Part shown: positions 28,734 to 37,610 of the stretch, one piece after another
Layout: each line of letters starts with the position of its first letter
How positions within the stretch are numbered: the first letter of the stretch is position 1
Assembly (NCBI GenBank): GCA_021851165.1
Contig: JAJZJN010000002.1
Span: forward strand, 1 to 51,679
Direction: 5' to 3'
DNA: 51,679 nucleotides
DNA from: Actinomycetes bacterium
Lineage (GTDB): Bacteria > Actinomycetota > Acidimicrobiia > Acidimicrobiales > JAJZJN01
The notes under the pieces: generated by a model
The model's database searches: none
Seen by the model: only the letters and a program-made list of their open reading frames with translations
What the model was told of the DNA's origin: nothing
Position numbers and translations under genes: made by a program

Positions 28734-29777
28734 TCAGTACTCCTGGAGCGCAGCTATCCGCACGTACGGCGCATCGAGCTCGCCTATGAGCTCATCTCCT
28801 GTCACGCGCCCCCCAGGCGCCACGGTCCACATCCAACGCGTCGAGCGAGCCACGGCACCCGTGAGCATGGCTGAGCGAGGCGCGTCGAGCCCTCCGTCCA
28901 TGGCCGCGAGGGCTGCGGCCAGTCCAGGCGGGTAGCGGGTGACCTCGACGGCCGACTGGTCGGCACCGAACTCTCGTCCCCTTCCTACCAGCCTGTGAGC
29001 GAGCAGCTCGCCGGTCCCGGGCACGAGCATCGTCACCGGTGCTGCCACCACTGCACCGACTGCAGCCAGGGATGCTTCCCCCCGCTTCACATGCGCCAAC
29101 TCATGGGCGAGCACTCCTTCGAGCTGGACTGGGTCCATCTCCTCGATCAAGCCGGTGGTCAGCACGATAGCTGAAGCCCCTGGATGGCGCCCGACGGCTA
29201 TGGCGTCCGGCAGCGCATCCTCGACCAGGTATATGCGGGGCGAGGGCAGGCCCATCGATGCGCAAAGCCCCTCCACCAGGTTCGAGATACGTGGCAGGTC
29301 ATGCGGTCCGGCCTCGACAGCCCCGACAGAGCGCAGCACCATCGGCTTCGCACCCCACCAGGTCATCAGCCATACCGCTACCAGCACTACAGCTGCCACA
29401 CTCGCAGCCGTGAGAGCGCCTGAGACCACACCGGCTATCACGCCTGCCACGGTGCCTGCCAGGATGGCGGGCGCGGCGGCTATGGACAGCGCCCGGCGTC
29501 TGGCTCTCCGGGCGACGCGAAGGGTCGTGGACGCCCGATGTCTAGCCGAAGAATGGGCCCTTGCCCTGATGGCGGGGTCGGGCTCGAAGAGCGCCGTGGC
29601 AGCCCGGTCACGCTCCCTCGGACTCCCCGAGCGAGCCCGTCCCGCGTTCTTCCCACGGCTACCAGCACCCTTCGAGGACCCACGACGCGTTGTGCTCTTG
29701 GGCCCTCGGGATCCGCTCGAGGGGCCCGACCCGCCCGATCCCGCGGATCCGCCATGTCGTCGACGTGTTGTTGCCAT
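28734..29777 (-). CDS. M48 family (HtpX-like) membrane zinc metalloprotease
   Basis: LEGVLAHELAHV, REFGAD, TRYPPGLA; transmembrane helices after a basic disordered N-terminus. Confidence 0.85.
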   Translation of the reverse strand: MATTRRRHGGSAGSGGSGPSSGSRGPKSTTRRGSSKGAGSRGKNAGRARSGSPRERDRAATALFEPDPAIRARAHSSARHRASTTLRVARRARRRALSIAAAPAILAGTVAGVIAGVVSGALTAASVAAVVLVAVWLMTWWGAKPMVLRSVGAVEAGPHDLPRISNLVEGLCASMGLPSPRIYLVEDALPDAIAVGRHPGASAIVLTTGLIEEMDPVQLEGVLAHELAHVKRGEASLAAVGAVVAAPVTMLVPGTGELLAHRLVGRGREFGADQSAVEVTRYPPGLAAALAAMDGGLDAPRSAMLTGAVARSTRWMWTVAPGGRVTGDELIGELDAPYVRIAALQEY

Positions 29778-29789
29778 GAGGAAGCCAGT

Positions 29790-30902
29790 TTAGGGCATGG
29801 AGGAAACTGTCGAATATATCCCCGCGTATTGCCGGGCGAGATTGTCCATTGACCACTGGCGCGCTCGCTCGACTCCTGCCTCGAGCGCCAGGGATGATCC
29901 GCGCCCTTCGGACTGTGCCACGTCGTCCATCACCTGTCTTAGGGCGCAGGCAAGGGCAATCGGGTCCCCCGGTGGTACGAGAACTCCGTCTCGACCGACT
30001 ACTGCTGCATAGCCCGGTATATCGCTTGCCACTATCGCACACCGGGCTGCCAGCGCTTCGACGAGCACGACCCCGAATGACTCTCCTCGGAGCGCCGGAG
30101 CGCACAGCACATGAGCCCCGGCGAGACGACTCGCGAGCTCTGCATCATCCAGCGCGCCCAGCCACTCCACGCGGTCGTCACCCGGGTAGCTCCGCCGCAG
30201 CTCGGCTGTCTGCGGGCCCTCCCCAGCCACCCACAGCCGACCGGCTATACCGTCACCGTCCCGCAGTCGCTGCCACGCCGCCAGAAGCACGCTCAGCCCT
30301 TTGCGCGGCTCGTGACGACCGACGAACATCACGGTAGGGCGGTCAGCCGGCCAAGGCTCGGCAGCCGTGAAGCGTTCCACCTCGACCCCGTTGTACAAGA
30401 TGGTGAAGTCGCCTCCAATCAGCGAAGCCGCCGTCTCTGCAGCCTCGCCGGACACGGCGCAACGTGCCGCAAGGCGGCCGGCAGCCAGCCTTGCCGCCGG
30501 CGCAACGAGCTTGTACTCGAGCGTCATGCCTGCCCTGTGGAATGTCGCGACAAGCGGCAGGTGACAAGCGAGCATGCACGCCCAAGTTGGACCCGGCGCG
30601 AATGGCTCGTGCAGGTGGACCAGATCGTAGCGGCGCTGCCTCACGCTCCTCACGATCTTCCACGAGGATGCGGGCAGAAGGGCTAGTGGCGCCACGGATC
30701 CATTCGCCGGTATGGGGATCGACCTTCCCAGGCTCACTATTGCCTGAGCGGGAAGGCCTCCCGACTCCACCTGTCCGTCTACGGGTCCCAGTACGTCTGC
30801 GATGTGGCCGAGCCTTCGAAGGGCCCGCGCGAGACCAAGCACCTGGCCTTGAACCCCGCCTGGACGGCTGAGGCTATAAGGCGAGACGAGGGCTATCCGC
30901 AT
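29790..30902 (-). CDS. pimA: Phosphatidyl-myo-inositol alpha-mannosyltransferase (GT4)
   Basis: MRIALVSPYS..PGGVQ, IPANGSVA, HLHEP, ATFH, EPRKG, GESFGVVLVEA; follows pgsA-patA. Alternative start 30980. Confidence 0.88.
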   Translation of the reverse strand: MRIALVSPYSLSRPGGVQGQVLGLARALRRLGHIADVLGPVDGQVESGGLPAQAIVSLGRSIPIPANGSVAPLALLPASSWKIVRSVRQRRYDLVHLHEPFAPGPTWACMLACHLPLVATFHRAGMTLEYKLVAPAARLAAGRLAARCAVSGEAAETAASLIGGDFTILYNGVEVERFTAAEPWPADRPTVMFVGRHEPRKGLSVLLAAWQRLRDGDGIAGRLWVAGEGPQTAELRRSYPGDDRVEWLGALDDAELASRLAGAHVLCAPALRGESFGVVLVEALAARCAIVASDIPGYAAVVGRDGVLVPPGDPIALACALRQVMDDVAQSEGRGSSLALEAGVERARQWSMDNLARQYAGIYSTVSSMP

Positions 30903-30936
30903 GGGACGGCGGGCGTCACCGATGGCGTAGGGCTTC

Positions 30937-31974
30937 TCAGCCGTGGTTGGCTGCCCGCTCGGCTGTGACAGTTGGCCCACCTGATGCCCCGTCTGGGCCT
31001 TGAGCTGGCACAGTGCTCGATGAGCCCGGTAGCAATATCTCCCGCGTCGAGGATCGAGGTCTGTCGCTCGGCCAGTTCGGCTGGAATAGATGCCACTGAT
31101 CGGGCGCTCGTCTGATCAATGCCTCGAGGCTCAGGGCTATCTCCTGGGTGACGCGGGCGACGTCCTTGCGCAACCTGCCCTCGCGCACGGCTTCGATGGG
31201 AGGCGAGATGACAGCCGTATGGTCCCGTCCGGGGCCGCTGTACACCGCAGCGCTCATGAGCACCGCGCCCGTCCTCAACGCGAGCATTGCCGGCCCCGCC
31301 GGTAGGGTCGTCCGCTCACCGAAGAACTCGACCTCCACACCGGTTCCGGTGAGATCCCGATCGCACAGCAGGCCCACTAGACCTCCGCTGTGCAAGGTGC
31401 GCAGCAGCGCCTCACTGGTGTTGGCCTGAAGCGGGAGGATTCTAAGCCCCATTGCCTCGCGCTCGGAGACGAACCAGTCGTAAAGCTCAGGAGGGTCGAG
31501 CACCTCTGCCACGGTCGTCATCGGATACCCTCTGAGCGCTATCCAAGCGCCCCCCCACTCCCAGCTTCCCATGTGAGGCAGCGCCAGGACCACGCCCCTA
31601 CCCTGCCCCATCGCGTCGACCAGCAGGTCGAAACCGCGTTCCATCACCATTCGCTGCTCGATGCTAGCCGACGATATCTTCCCGAGCCGGGCCCCTTCGA
31701 CCCAATAGCGCGAGTACGAACCAAGGGCCCGGCGCGTCCACCGGTCCGCCTCGGCATCGCTTAGGTCGCTGCCTAGCACTCTGCGCATATGCCTGGCGTG
31801 GAGAGCTGCCTGATCGGGCTTGAAGCGGTACAGTGCCCGGGCTGCCACAGATCCGGCTCGAACAGCCAGGCCCTCGGGAACCATCCGGATCAGTTCGGCA
31901 GCGCCCCGATATCCAAGATAAGTGAGCCGAGTCTTGACCCGGCGCCGTGTATCGCTGCAGACAGCCAGAGCCAC
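30937..31974 (-). CDS. patA: Phosphatidylinositol mannoside acyltransferase
   Basis: ALPHMGSWE, LLCDRDL, VEFFGE, PAGPA, PDQWH.FQPNW; operon context. Confidence 0.88.
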   Translation of the reverse strand: MALAVCSDTRRRVKTRLTYLGYRGAAELIRMVPEGLAVRAGSVAARALYRFKPDQAALHARHMRRVLGSDLSDAEADRWTRRALGSYSRYWVEGARLGKISSASIEQRMVMERGFDLLVDAMGQGRGVVLALPHMGSWEWGGAWIALRGYPMTTVAEVLDPPELYDWFVSEREAMGLRILPLQANTSEALLRTLHSGGLVGLLCDRDLTGTGVEVEFFGERTTLPAGPAMLALRTGAVLMSAAVYSGPGRDHTAVISPPIEAVREGRLRKDVARVTQEIALSLEALIRRAPDQWHLFQPNWPSDRPRSSTREILLPGSSSTVPAQGPDGASGGPTVTAERAANHG

Positions 31975-32891
31975 TAGCGCCCGGATGCGTCGGGATGCCG
32001 GCTGCCAGACCTGCTACGAGGTCGCACCGATCTGCGAGCGCGCCAGATCCGTCCCGATCGACTCGACAGCGCGGCCTGGCGCCTCGAGCGCCAGCGGCCA
32101 AGCGGCTCCCCCGCTCTTCGCGGTGCAAGGGTGGGGGTCCTCGCTCCAGGCGTCACATTGTCCCGGGCCTGGCGCCATGCGCGCCAACGCGAATCGACAC
32201 GACCCTGCCTCCAGCGTGCCAGGGCCCGGTGACGCAGATCGCCCTGTCCCGCATGGAGCTCGCCTCCTGCCGGATAAGCCACTGCCAGCGGGCGCGGCGG
32301 GGCTCCTGCCGCATGCCACGCTCTCGAGAACCGCCCTACCGCAGTGACCAGCACCAACCCCAACATGACCAGCAGCAACGGGATCAGAAGCGGTGACCAC
32401 AGAGATCCTGCGAGCATGGCCACACCGAGGGCCACCATGCGCTCGGCACGCTCCATGAGGCCTCCCTTGGCCGGGAGCCCGAGAAGCTCCGCCTTGGCAC
32501 GCTGATAGGACACGAGCGAGCTGGCAGCCAGTATCGCGAAGGGAATGACAGCAGCCTGGCCATCGTGACGAGCGACCAGGTACCAGGTGAGCCCTCCGAG
32601 CAGGAGCGCATCCGACACGCGGTCGGCCACCGAATCGAAGAAGGAGCCCCGCACCGAGGTGGTGCCGGACGCCTTCGCCACCGGCCCGTCCAGCAGGTCC
32701 GGCAATCCCGTCGGTATGAGCAGGAAAGCCCCCAGGAAGAGGTGACCTGACGCAATGACGACCGACGTAGCGATCGACATGACCAGGCCGAAGCCGGTGA
32801 GGGCGTCCGCAGACAGGCCCACACGCTTCAGCGCGGTGCCTGCCGGTCTCGTCCCCCGGTCAACGGCACGGCGCCAGCGACCATCGAACAT
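31974..32891 (-). CDS. pgsA: CDP-alcohol phosphatidyltransferase (PI/PIP synthase) with long Arg/Trp-rich tail
   Basis: DLLDGPVAK...GSFFDSVADRVSD signature, VSYQRAKAE, GLMERAER; GGAGG RBS before ATG 32891. Confidence 0.9.
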   Translation of the reverse strand: MFDGRWRRAVDRGTRPAGTALKRVGLSADALTGFGLVMSIATSVVIASGHLFLGAFLLIPTGLPDLLDGPVAKASGTTSVRGSFFDSVADRVSDALLLGGLTWYLVARHDGQAAVIPFAILAASSLVSYQRAKAELLGLPAKGGLMERAERMVALGVAMLAGSLWSPLLIPLLLVMLGLVLVTAVGRFSRAWHAAGAPPRPLAVAYPAGGELHAGQGDLRHRALARWRQGRVDSRWRAWRQARDNVTPGARTPTLAPRRAGEPLGRWRSRRQAALSSRSGRIWRARRSVRPRSRSGSRHPDASGR

Positions 32892-33017
32892 GCACAATCC
32901 TCCAAGGCCTGTTTCACACAGGCTAGCACTCCATGGCGCGAACCGAGCCTGCCGGTAGGCTCTGGGGATTGCTCGGACGCACCACAACTCCACGATTACA
33001 CGAGGGAGGTTACCCGC

Positions 33018-35084
33018 ATGCAGAGCTACATGCCCTCCAGCATCCGCAACGTGGCCCTTGTCGGTCACAACGGCGCAGGAAAGACGACGCTAGCGGAGGC
33101 GCTGCTCGCCAATGCCGGTGTGATAGCCCACAGCGGGCGTGTCGACGACGGAACCACCGTATGCGACTTCGAGCCCGAAGAGATCAAGCGGCGGATGTCG
33201 GTGTCGCTGGCCATGGCACCTTTCGAAGTCAACGGCGTCAAGGTCAACCTCATCGACACACCGGGCTATGCCGATTTCTTCGGTGAGGTCAGGTCTGCAT
33301 GTGCGGTCGCAGAGCTCGTGGTCGTCGTAGTTAGTGCAGTCGAAGGCATAGAGGCCCAGACCGAAGCTGCTTGGGACCTTGCCGAGAGCCTCGGTCGGGC
33401 CCGCCTTATCCTGATCAACAAGCTCGACCGGGAACGAGCCAGCTTCGACAGGGTTCTCGACCAGCTGAGGGAGCGCTTCGGAGCCGGCATTGCCCCGCTC
33501 GAGCTGCCAGTTGGCCAGGAGGGCGAGTTCTGCGGCATCGCGGATCTGCTTACCGACAGCGCCATCACCTATACCGGAGCGGAATCCTCCACAGGCCCCA
33601 TACCACCAGACCTGGCCGACCTCGAGCATCGCGTACGCGAGCATCTCGTGGAAGGCATCGTCGTGGGTGACGATTCCCTGATGGAACGCTATCTGGATGG
33701 AGAGACACCCTCGACAGCGGAGCTCGAGTCCGCCCTGGGTGCCGGTCTGGCCGCCGGATCGGTGTTCCCCGTCGTGTGCGCCTCGGCGACCAAGGGAATC
33801 GGCACGGATCGCCTGGCCACCCTCCTCGCGGAGATCGGGCCCTCCCCTGCTGGTCGGGTGGTGGCCACCCTCCGAGCTCCCGGGGGTGCACATGAGGTCA
33901 CCTGTGACAGCACGGCACAGCCACTCGCCCAGGTGTTCAAGACCGTGTCGGACCCCTACGTTGGCAGGATCTCGCTACTGAAGGTCCTGTCGGGCACGAT
34001 CCGCCCTGACACCACGCTGGTCAATCCGCGGACACATTCCGAGGAGCGCCTTCACGTGCTCGAGTTGCTGCGGGGAAAGTCTGTCGAGCCGGTCCCCGAG
34101 GCCAGCGCCGGCGATATCATTGCGGTAGCAAAGCTCTCCGACACCATCACCGGCGATACCCTCGCGCCCAGGGGAACGCCAGTGGTGGTAGAGCCTCTCG
34201 ACCCGGAGCCCGCGGTGTTCTCCATTGCGATCCGCCCCAAGGCCAAGGGCGACGAGGACAAGCTGATGACCGGCCTCCACCGCCTCCAGGAGGAGGACCC
34301 CGCACTCGTGATCCGTCGAGTGGACGAGACCCACCAGACCCTATTGTCGGGCACAGGTGAGACCCACCTGGCCGTCACGTGTGAGCGGCTGCAACGGAAG
34401 TTCGGGGTAGAGGTTGGCACCGAGGAGGTCCTTGTCCCGTACCGGGAGACCATCACAGCCGAGGCCGAGGCCGAGGGCAGGTACAAGAAGCAGACGGGGG
34501 GCCACGGCCAGTTCGGAGTGGTCGACCTACGGGTGGCCCCGCTTGCGCGCGGCGAAGGATTCGTGTTCGTGGACGCCGTGGTCGGAGGCGCGATCCCGAA
34601 GCAGTACATACCGGCGGTCGAGAAGGGGGTGGTGGAAGCCATGAGCCAGGGCGGTCCGGCAGGCTATCCCGTAATAGACGTGCAGGTCACCTGTTACGAC
34701 GGAAAGTACCACCCGGTCGATTCATCGGAGATGAGCTTCAAGATGGCCGGGGCGATCGCATTCCGCGATGCAGTGGCGAGGGCTGCGCCCGTGATCCTGG
34801 AGCCGATCTCGCGCATGGAGGTCACCGTGCCTTCGTCGATGCAAGGAGACGTCCTGGGTGACCTCAACGCTCGTCGGGGCAGGGTCCAGGGCACAGATCC
34901 CCTGGGCGCCACTCACCAGCGCATAACGGCCCTGGTTCCAACTGCCGAGACCCTACGCTATGCCGTGGACCTACGTGCTCTCACCGCGGGCCGCGGTAGG
35001 TTCACGGCCGAGCACGACCATTACGAGCCACTACCGTCGAACCTGGCCGCCAGGGTGGGGCGCAACCAGGCTGCATCAGGCTGA
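33018..35084 (+). CDS. fusA: Elongation factor G-like protein (EF-G2)
   Basis: GHNGAGKTT, DTPGY, NKLD, GETHL, YKKQTGGHGQF, DGKYHPVDSSEMSF; divergent from pgsA, not in an rpsL-rpsG operon. Confidence 0.93.
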   Translation: MQSYMPSSIRNVALVGHNGAGKTTLAEALLANAGVIAHSGRVDDGTTVCDFEPEEIKRRMSVSLAMAPFEVNGVKVNLIDTPGYADFFGEVRSACAVAELVVVVVSAVEGIEAQTEAAWDLAESLGRARLILINKLDRERASFDRVLDQLRERFGAGIAPLELPVGQEGEFCGIADLLTDSAITYTGAESSTGPIPPDLADLEHRVREHLVEGIVVGDDSLMERYLDGETPSTAELESALGAGLAAGSVFPVVCASATKGIGTDRLATLLAEIGPSPAGRVVATLRAPGGAHEVTCDSTAQPLAQVFKTVSDPYVGRISLLKVLSGTIRPDTTLVNPRTHSEERLHVLELLRGKSVEPVPEASAGDIIAVAKLSDTITGDTLAPRGTPVVVEPLDPEPAVFSIAIRPKAKGDEDKLMTGLHRLQEEDPALVIRRVDETHQTLLSGTGETHLAVTCERLQRKFGVEVGTEEVLVPYRETITAEAEAEGRYKKQTGGHGQFGVVDLRVAPLARGEGFVFVDAVVGGAIPKQYIPAVEKGVVEAMSQGGPAGYPVIDVQVTCYDGKYHPVDSSEMSFKMAGAIAFRDAVARAAPVILEPISRMEVTVPSSMQGDVLGDLNARRGRVQGTDPLGATHQRITALVPTAETLRYAVDLRALTAGRGRFTAEHDHYEPLPSNLAARVGRNQAASG

Positions 35085-35094
35085 GGTGCTTCGC

Positions 35095-35607
35095 TCAGGT
35101 TGCCGGCCAGTGAGACCTGAGGCGTTCCCAGCTGACGTCGAGTGCCTCGGGGATGACTCTTACGTTCGCAACTGTCGTCATGAAGTTCGTGTCACCTGCC
35201 CAGCGAGGCAGGACGTGCATGTGCAGGTGGCCGGGAACCCCGGCACCAGCCACCCGGCCCAGGTTGGCCCCGAGGTTGAGCCCGTCGGGACCGTAGGCCG
35301 ATCGGAGGGCTCTTGCCGCCATCGTCGTTCCCTCCCATAGCCCGTAGCTCTCCGCGGGGGTTAGGTCATCCAGCTCCCCGACATGACGTGAGGGCATGAC
35401 AAGAAGATGGCCGCTTGCATACGGATAGGCGTTGAGCACCGCCATGGTCGTATCCGACCGCCACACCACGCCGGTGGCCACGCTCGCATCACCCGCACGC
35501 GCAATACGGCAGAACACGCAGTCGCCCGGCTGATCACCACCGGACCCAGCGTCACCAGACTCGATGTACGCGCTGCGCCACCCCGCCCATAGCTCGTCAA
35601 GGCTCAC
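35095..35607 (-). CDS. HIT family protein (Ap4A phosphorylase-like)
   Basis: LWAGWR, CVFC, LNAYPY.SGH, HLHMHVLPRW.GD.NF; follows thrS as in other actinobacteria. Confidence 0.92.
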   Translation of the reverse strand: MSLDELWAGWRSAYIESGDAGSGGDQPGDCVFCRIARAGDASVATGVVWRSDTTMAVLNAYPYASGHLLVMPSRHVGELDDLTPAESYGLWEGTTMAARALRSAYGPDGLNLGANLGRVAGAGVPGHLHMHVLPRWAGDTNFMTTVANVRVIPEALDVSWERLRSHWPAT

Positions 35608-37568
35608 CTAGTCGCGCCCCCGCTACTCGTGACGCCTCCTTGGCCGGGGCCAGCACCACGCTGGCCCGCCTCACGGGGCCCGTGATCGGGGGAAAGCACT
35701 ACGACATCTTCGGGTGAGGATCGCCCGAGCACTTCGCCTGCAACCATGGCCACGAAAGCACCGAGATCCACGGCCCGTTCCGGCTTGGAGCCACCGCGGC
35801 GGTTTACCCCCACGGTCCTGGAGGTCATGTCCTCGTCGCCGACCACGACGATGTAGGGAACCTTGGCGAGCTTGTGCCTGCGGATACGTGTGCCGAGAGG
35901 CTCGTCCGCCGAGTCGACCTCGACGCGGAGCCCGGCATAGCCGCATTCCTCCGCGACCTCGGCGCCATAGACCTCGTGAGCGTCTCGAACGGGCAGGATG
36001 GCAACCTGAGTAGGCATCAGCCACGTGGGAAGGGCGCCTGCGTAGTGCTCCAGAAGCACCGCGAAGAACCGCTCCACGGAGCCGAAGAGCGCCCTGTGGA
36101 TCATGTAGGGCCTGTGGCGCTCGTTGTCGGCTCCGACATAGGAAAGGTCGAAGCGCTGGGGAAGCTGCAGGTCCACCTGGAGCGTGGATACCTGCCAGCG
36201 CCGACCGATGGCATCACGCAGGTGTATGTCGAGCTTCGGGGCATAGAAGGCGCCCTCGCCTTCGGCGACCTTGTAAGGGATCCCGGACACATCGAGAGCC
36301 GACCTGAGGGCATCCGTCGCGATGTCCCAGTCCTCGACCTCGCCCACGAACTTCTCCGGTCGGGTCGAGAGCTCGGCGTCGAACTCTGTGAGACCGAAGG
36401 TACGCAGCACCCGGAGGACGAACGCGACCAGGCTCTCCAGCTCCCCTACGAGCTGATCGGCGGAGCAGAATATGTGAGCGTCGTCCTGGGTGAGCCCCCG
36501 GACCCTGGCCAGGCCGTGGAGTACTCCAGAGCGCTCGAAACGGTAGACCGTGCCGAGCTCGAACAGACGCATGGGCAACTCACGATACGAGCGTTGGCGG
36601 TTCGCGTATATGAGGATGTGCATCGGGCAGTTCATCGGCTTCAGCCGATATTCGGCCCCCTCCATCTCCATGGGCGGGTACATGTTGTCCGCGTACCACT
36701 GCAGATGACCGGATTTTTCGAACAGGGTTGCCTTTGCCGTATGAGGAGTCCATACCGGCTGGTAGCCACTCCCGAGGTGCTCGGAACGCGAGAAGTCCTC
36801 GAGCAGCGTGCGAATGAGCGCCCCCTTTGGGTGGAACACCGGGAGGCCTCCACCGATCTCGGGGGGGAAGTGGAACAGGTCCATGTCTGCGCCTATGCGG
36901 CGGTGGTCCCGCCTCTCTGCCTCCTCCAGGCGGCCGAGGTAGTCCTTCAACGCCTCCTCGGACTCCCATGCCGTGCCATAGATCCTCTGTAGCTGAGGGA
37001 GGTGCTCGTCTCCCCTCCAATACGCCCCCGCCACCCTAAGGAGCCTGAAATGCCCGAGCTGCGACGTCGATTCGACATGAGGTCCCCGGCACAGGTCCAC
37101 GAAGTTGTCCCCGTTGCGATAGGCGGAAACCGGTATGGACGAGGCGCTCGGCGATGACCGCTGTGGCCCGGTGGCCGCCTGTTCGCCGGCCAGGGCGTCG
37201 ATGATCTCGAGCTTGAAAGGCTGGTCGGCAAATATCGACATGGCCTCGTCGACCGTGTGCTCCTCACGAACGAAGGGCTGACCTTCGGCAATGATCTCGC
37301 GCATCCGCTCGTCGATACGGCCCAGGTCGTCATCTGTGAACCGCGCCCCGCCGGGAAGCTCGAAATCGTAGTAGAACCCGTCCTCTACTACAGGGCCGAT
37401 CGCGAGATGCGCCCCGGGCCACAGATCCACAACGGCCTGGGCCATCACGTGGGCCGTCGAGTGGCGGATCGTGTCGATGTCCTCGGGAGTCGACCGGCGA
37501 GCACGTGGTCCGGTCACCTGCACCGTCTGATCCGAGCCGTCACTGTCATCATGTCTTATCGGGTCCAC
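35604..37568 (-). CDS. thrS: Threonine--tRNA ligase
   Basis: RHSTAH, DLCRGPH, AGAYWRG, RDHR, KPMNCP, YRFERSG, TQDDAH, AFYAPK, IHRA; AGGAGG RBS before GTG 37568. Confidence 0.97.
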   Translation of the reverse strand: MDPIRHDDSDGSDQTVQVTGPRARRSTPEDIDTIRHSTAHVMAQAVVDLWPGAHLAIGPVVEDGFYYDFELPGGARFTDDDLGRIDERMREIIAEGQPFVREEHTVDEAMSIFADQPFKLEIIDALAGEQAATGPQRSSPSASSIPVSAYRNGDNFVDLCRGPHVESTSQLGHFRLLRVAGAYWRGDEHLPQLQRIYGTAWESEEALKDYLGRLEEAERRDHRRIGADMDLFHFPPEIGGGLPVFHPKGALIRTLLEDFSRSEHLGSGYQPVWTPHTAKATLFEKSGHLQWYADNMYPPMEMEGAEYRLKPMNCPMHILIYANRQRSYRELPMRLFELGTVYRFERSGVLHGLARVRGLTQDDAHIFCSADQLVGELESLVAFVLRVLRTFGLTEFDAELSTRPEKFVGEVEDWDIATDALRSALDVSGIPYKVAEGEGAFYAPKLDIHLRDAIGRRWQVSTLQVDLQLPQRFDLSYVGADNERHRPYMIHRALFGSVERFFAVLLEHYAGALPTWLMPTQVAILPVRDAHEVYGAEVAEECGYAGLRVEVDSADEPLGTRIRRHKLAKVPYIVVVGDEDMTSRTVGVNRRGGSKPERAVDLGAFVAMVAGEVLGRSSPEDVVVLSPDHGPREAGQRGAGPGQGGVTSSGGATR

Positions 37569-37610
37569 TTCAGCAGTCCTCCTGTCGCCGCGCACCCCTA
37601 ACCGGGCCAC

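Noticed and set aside
35874-36992. Long antisense ORFs (here and e.g. 46705-47874, 48878-50035, 37986-38984)
   Set aside because: Shadow frames of well-supported genes in high-GC DNA, with no recognisable motifs.
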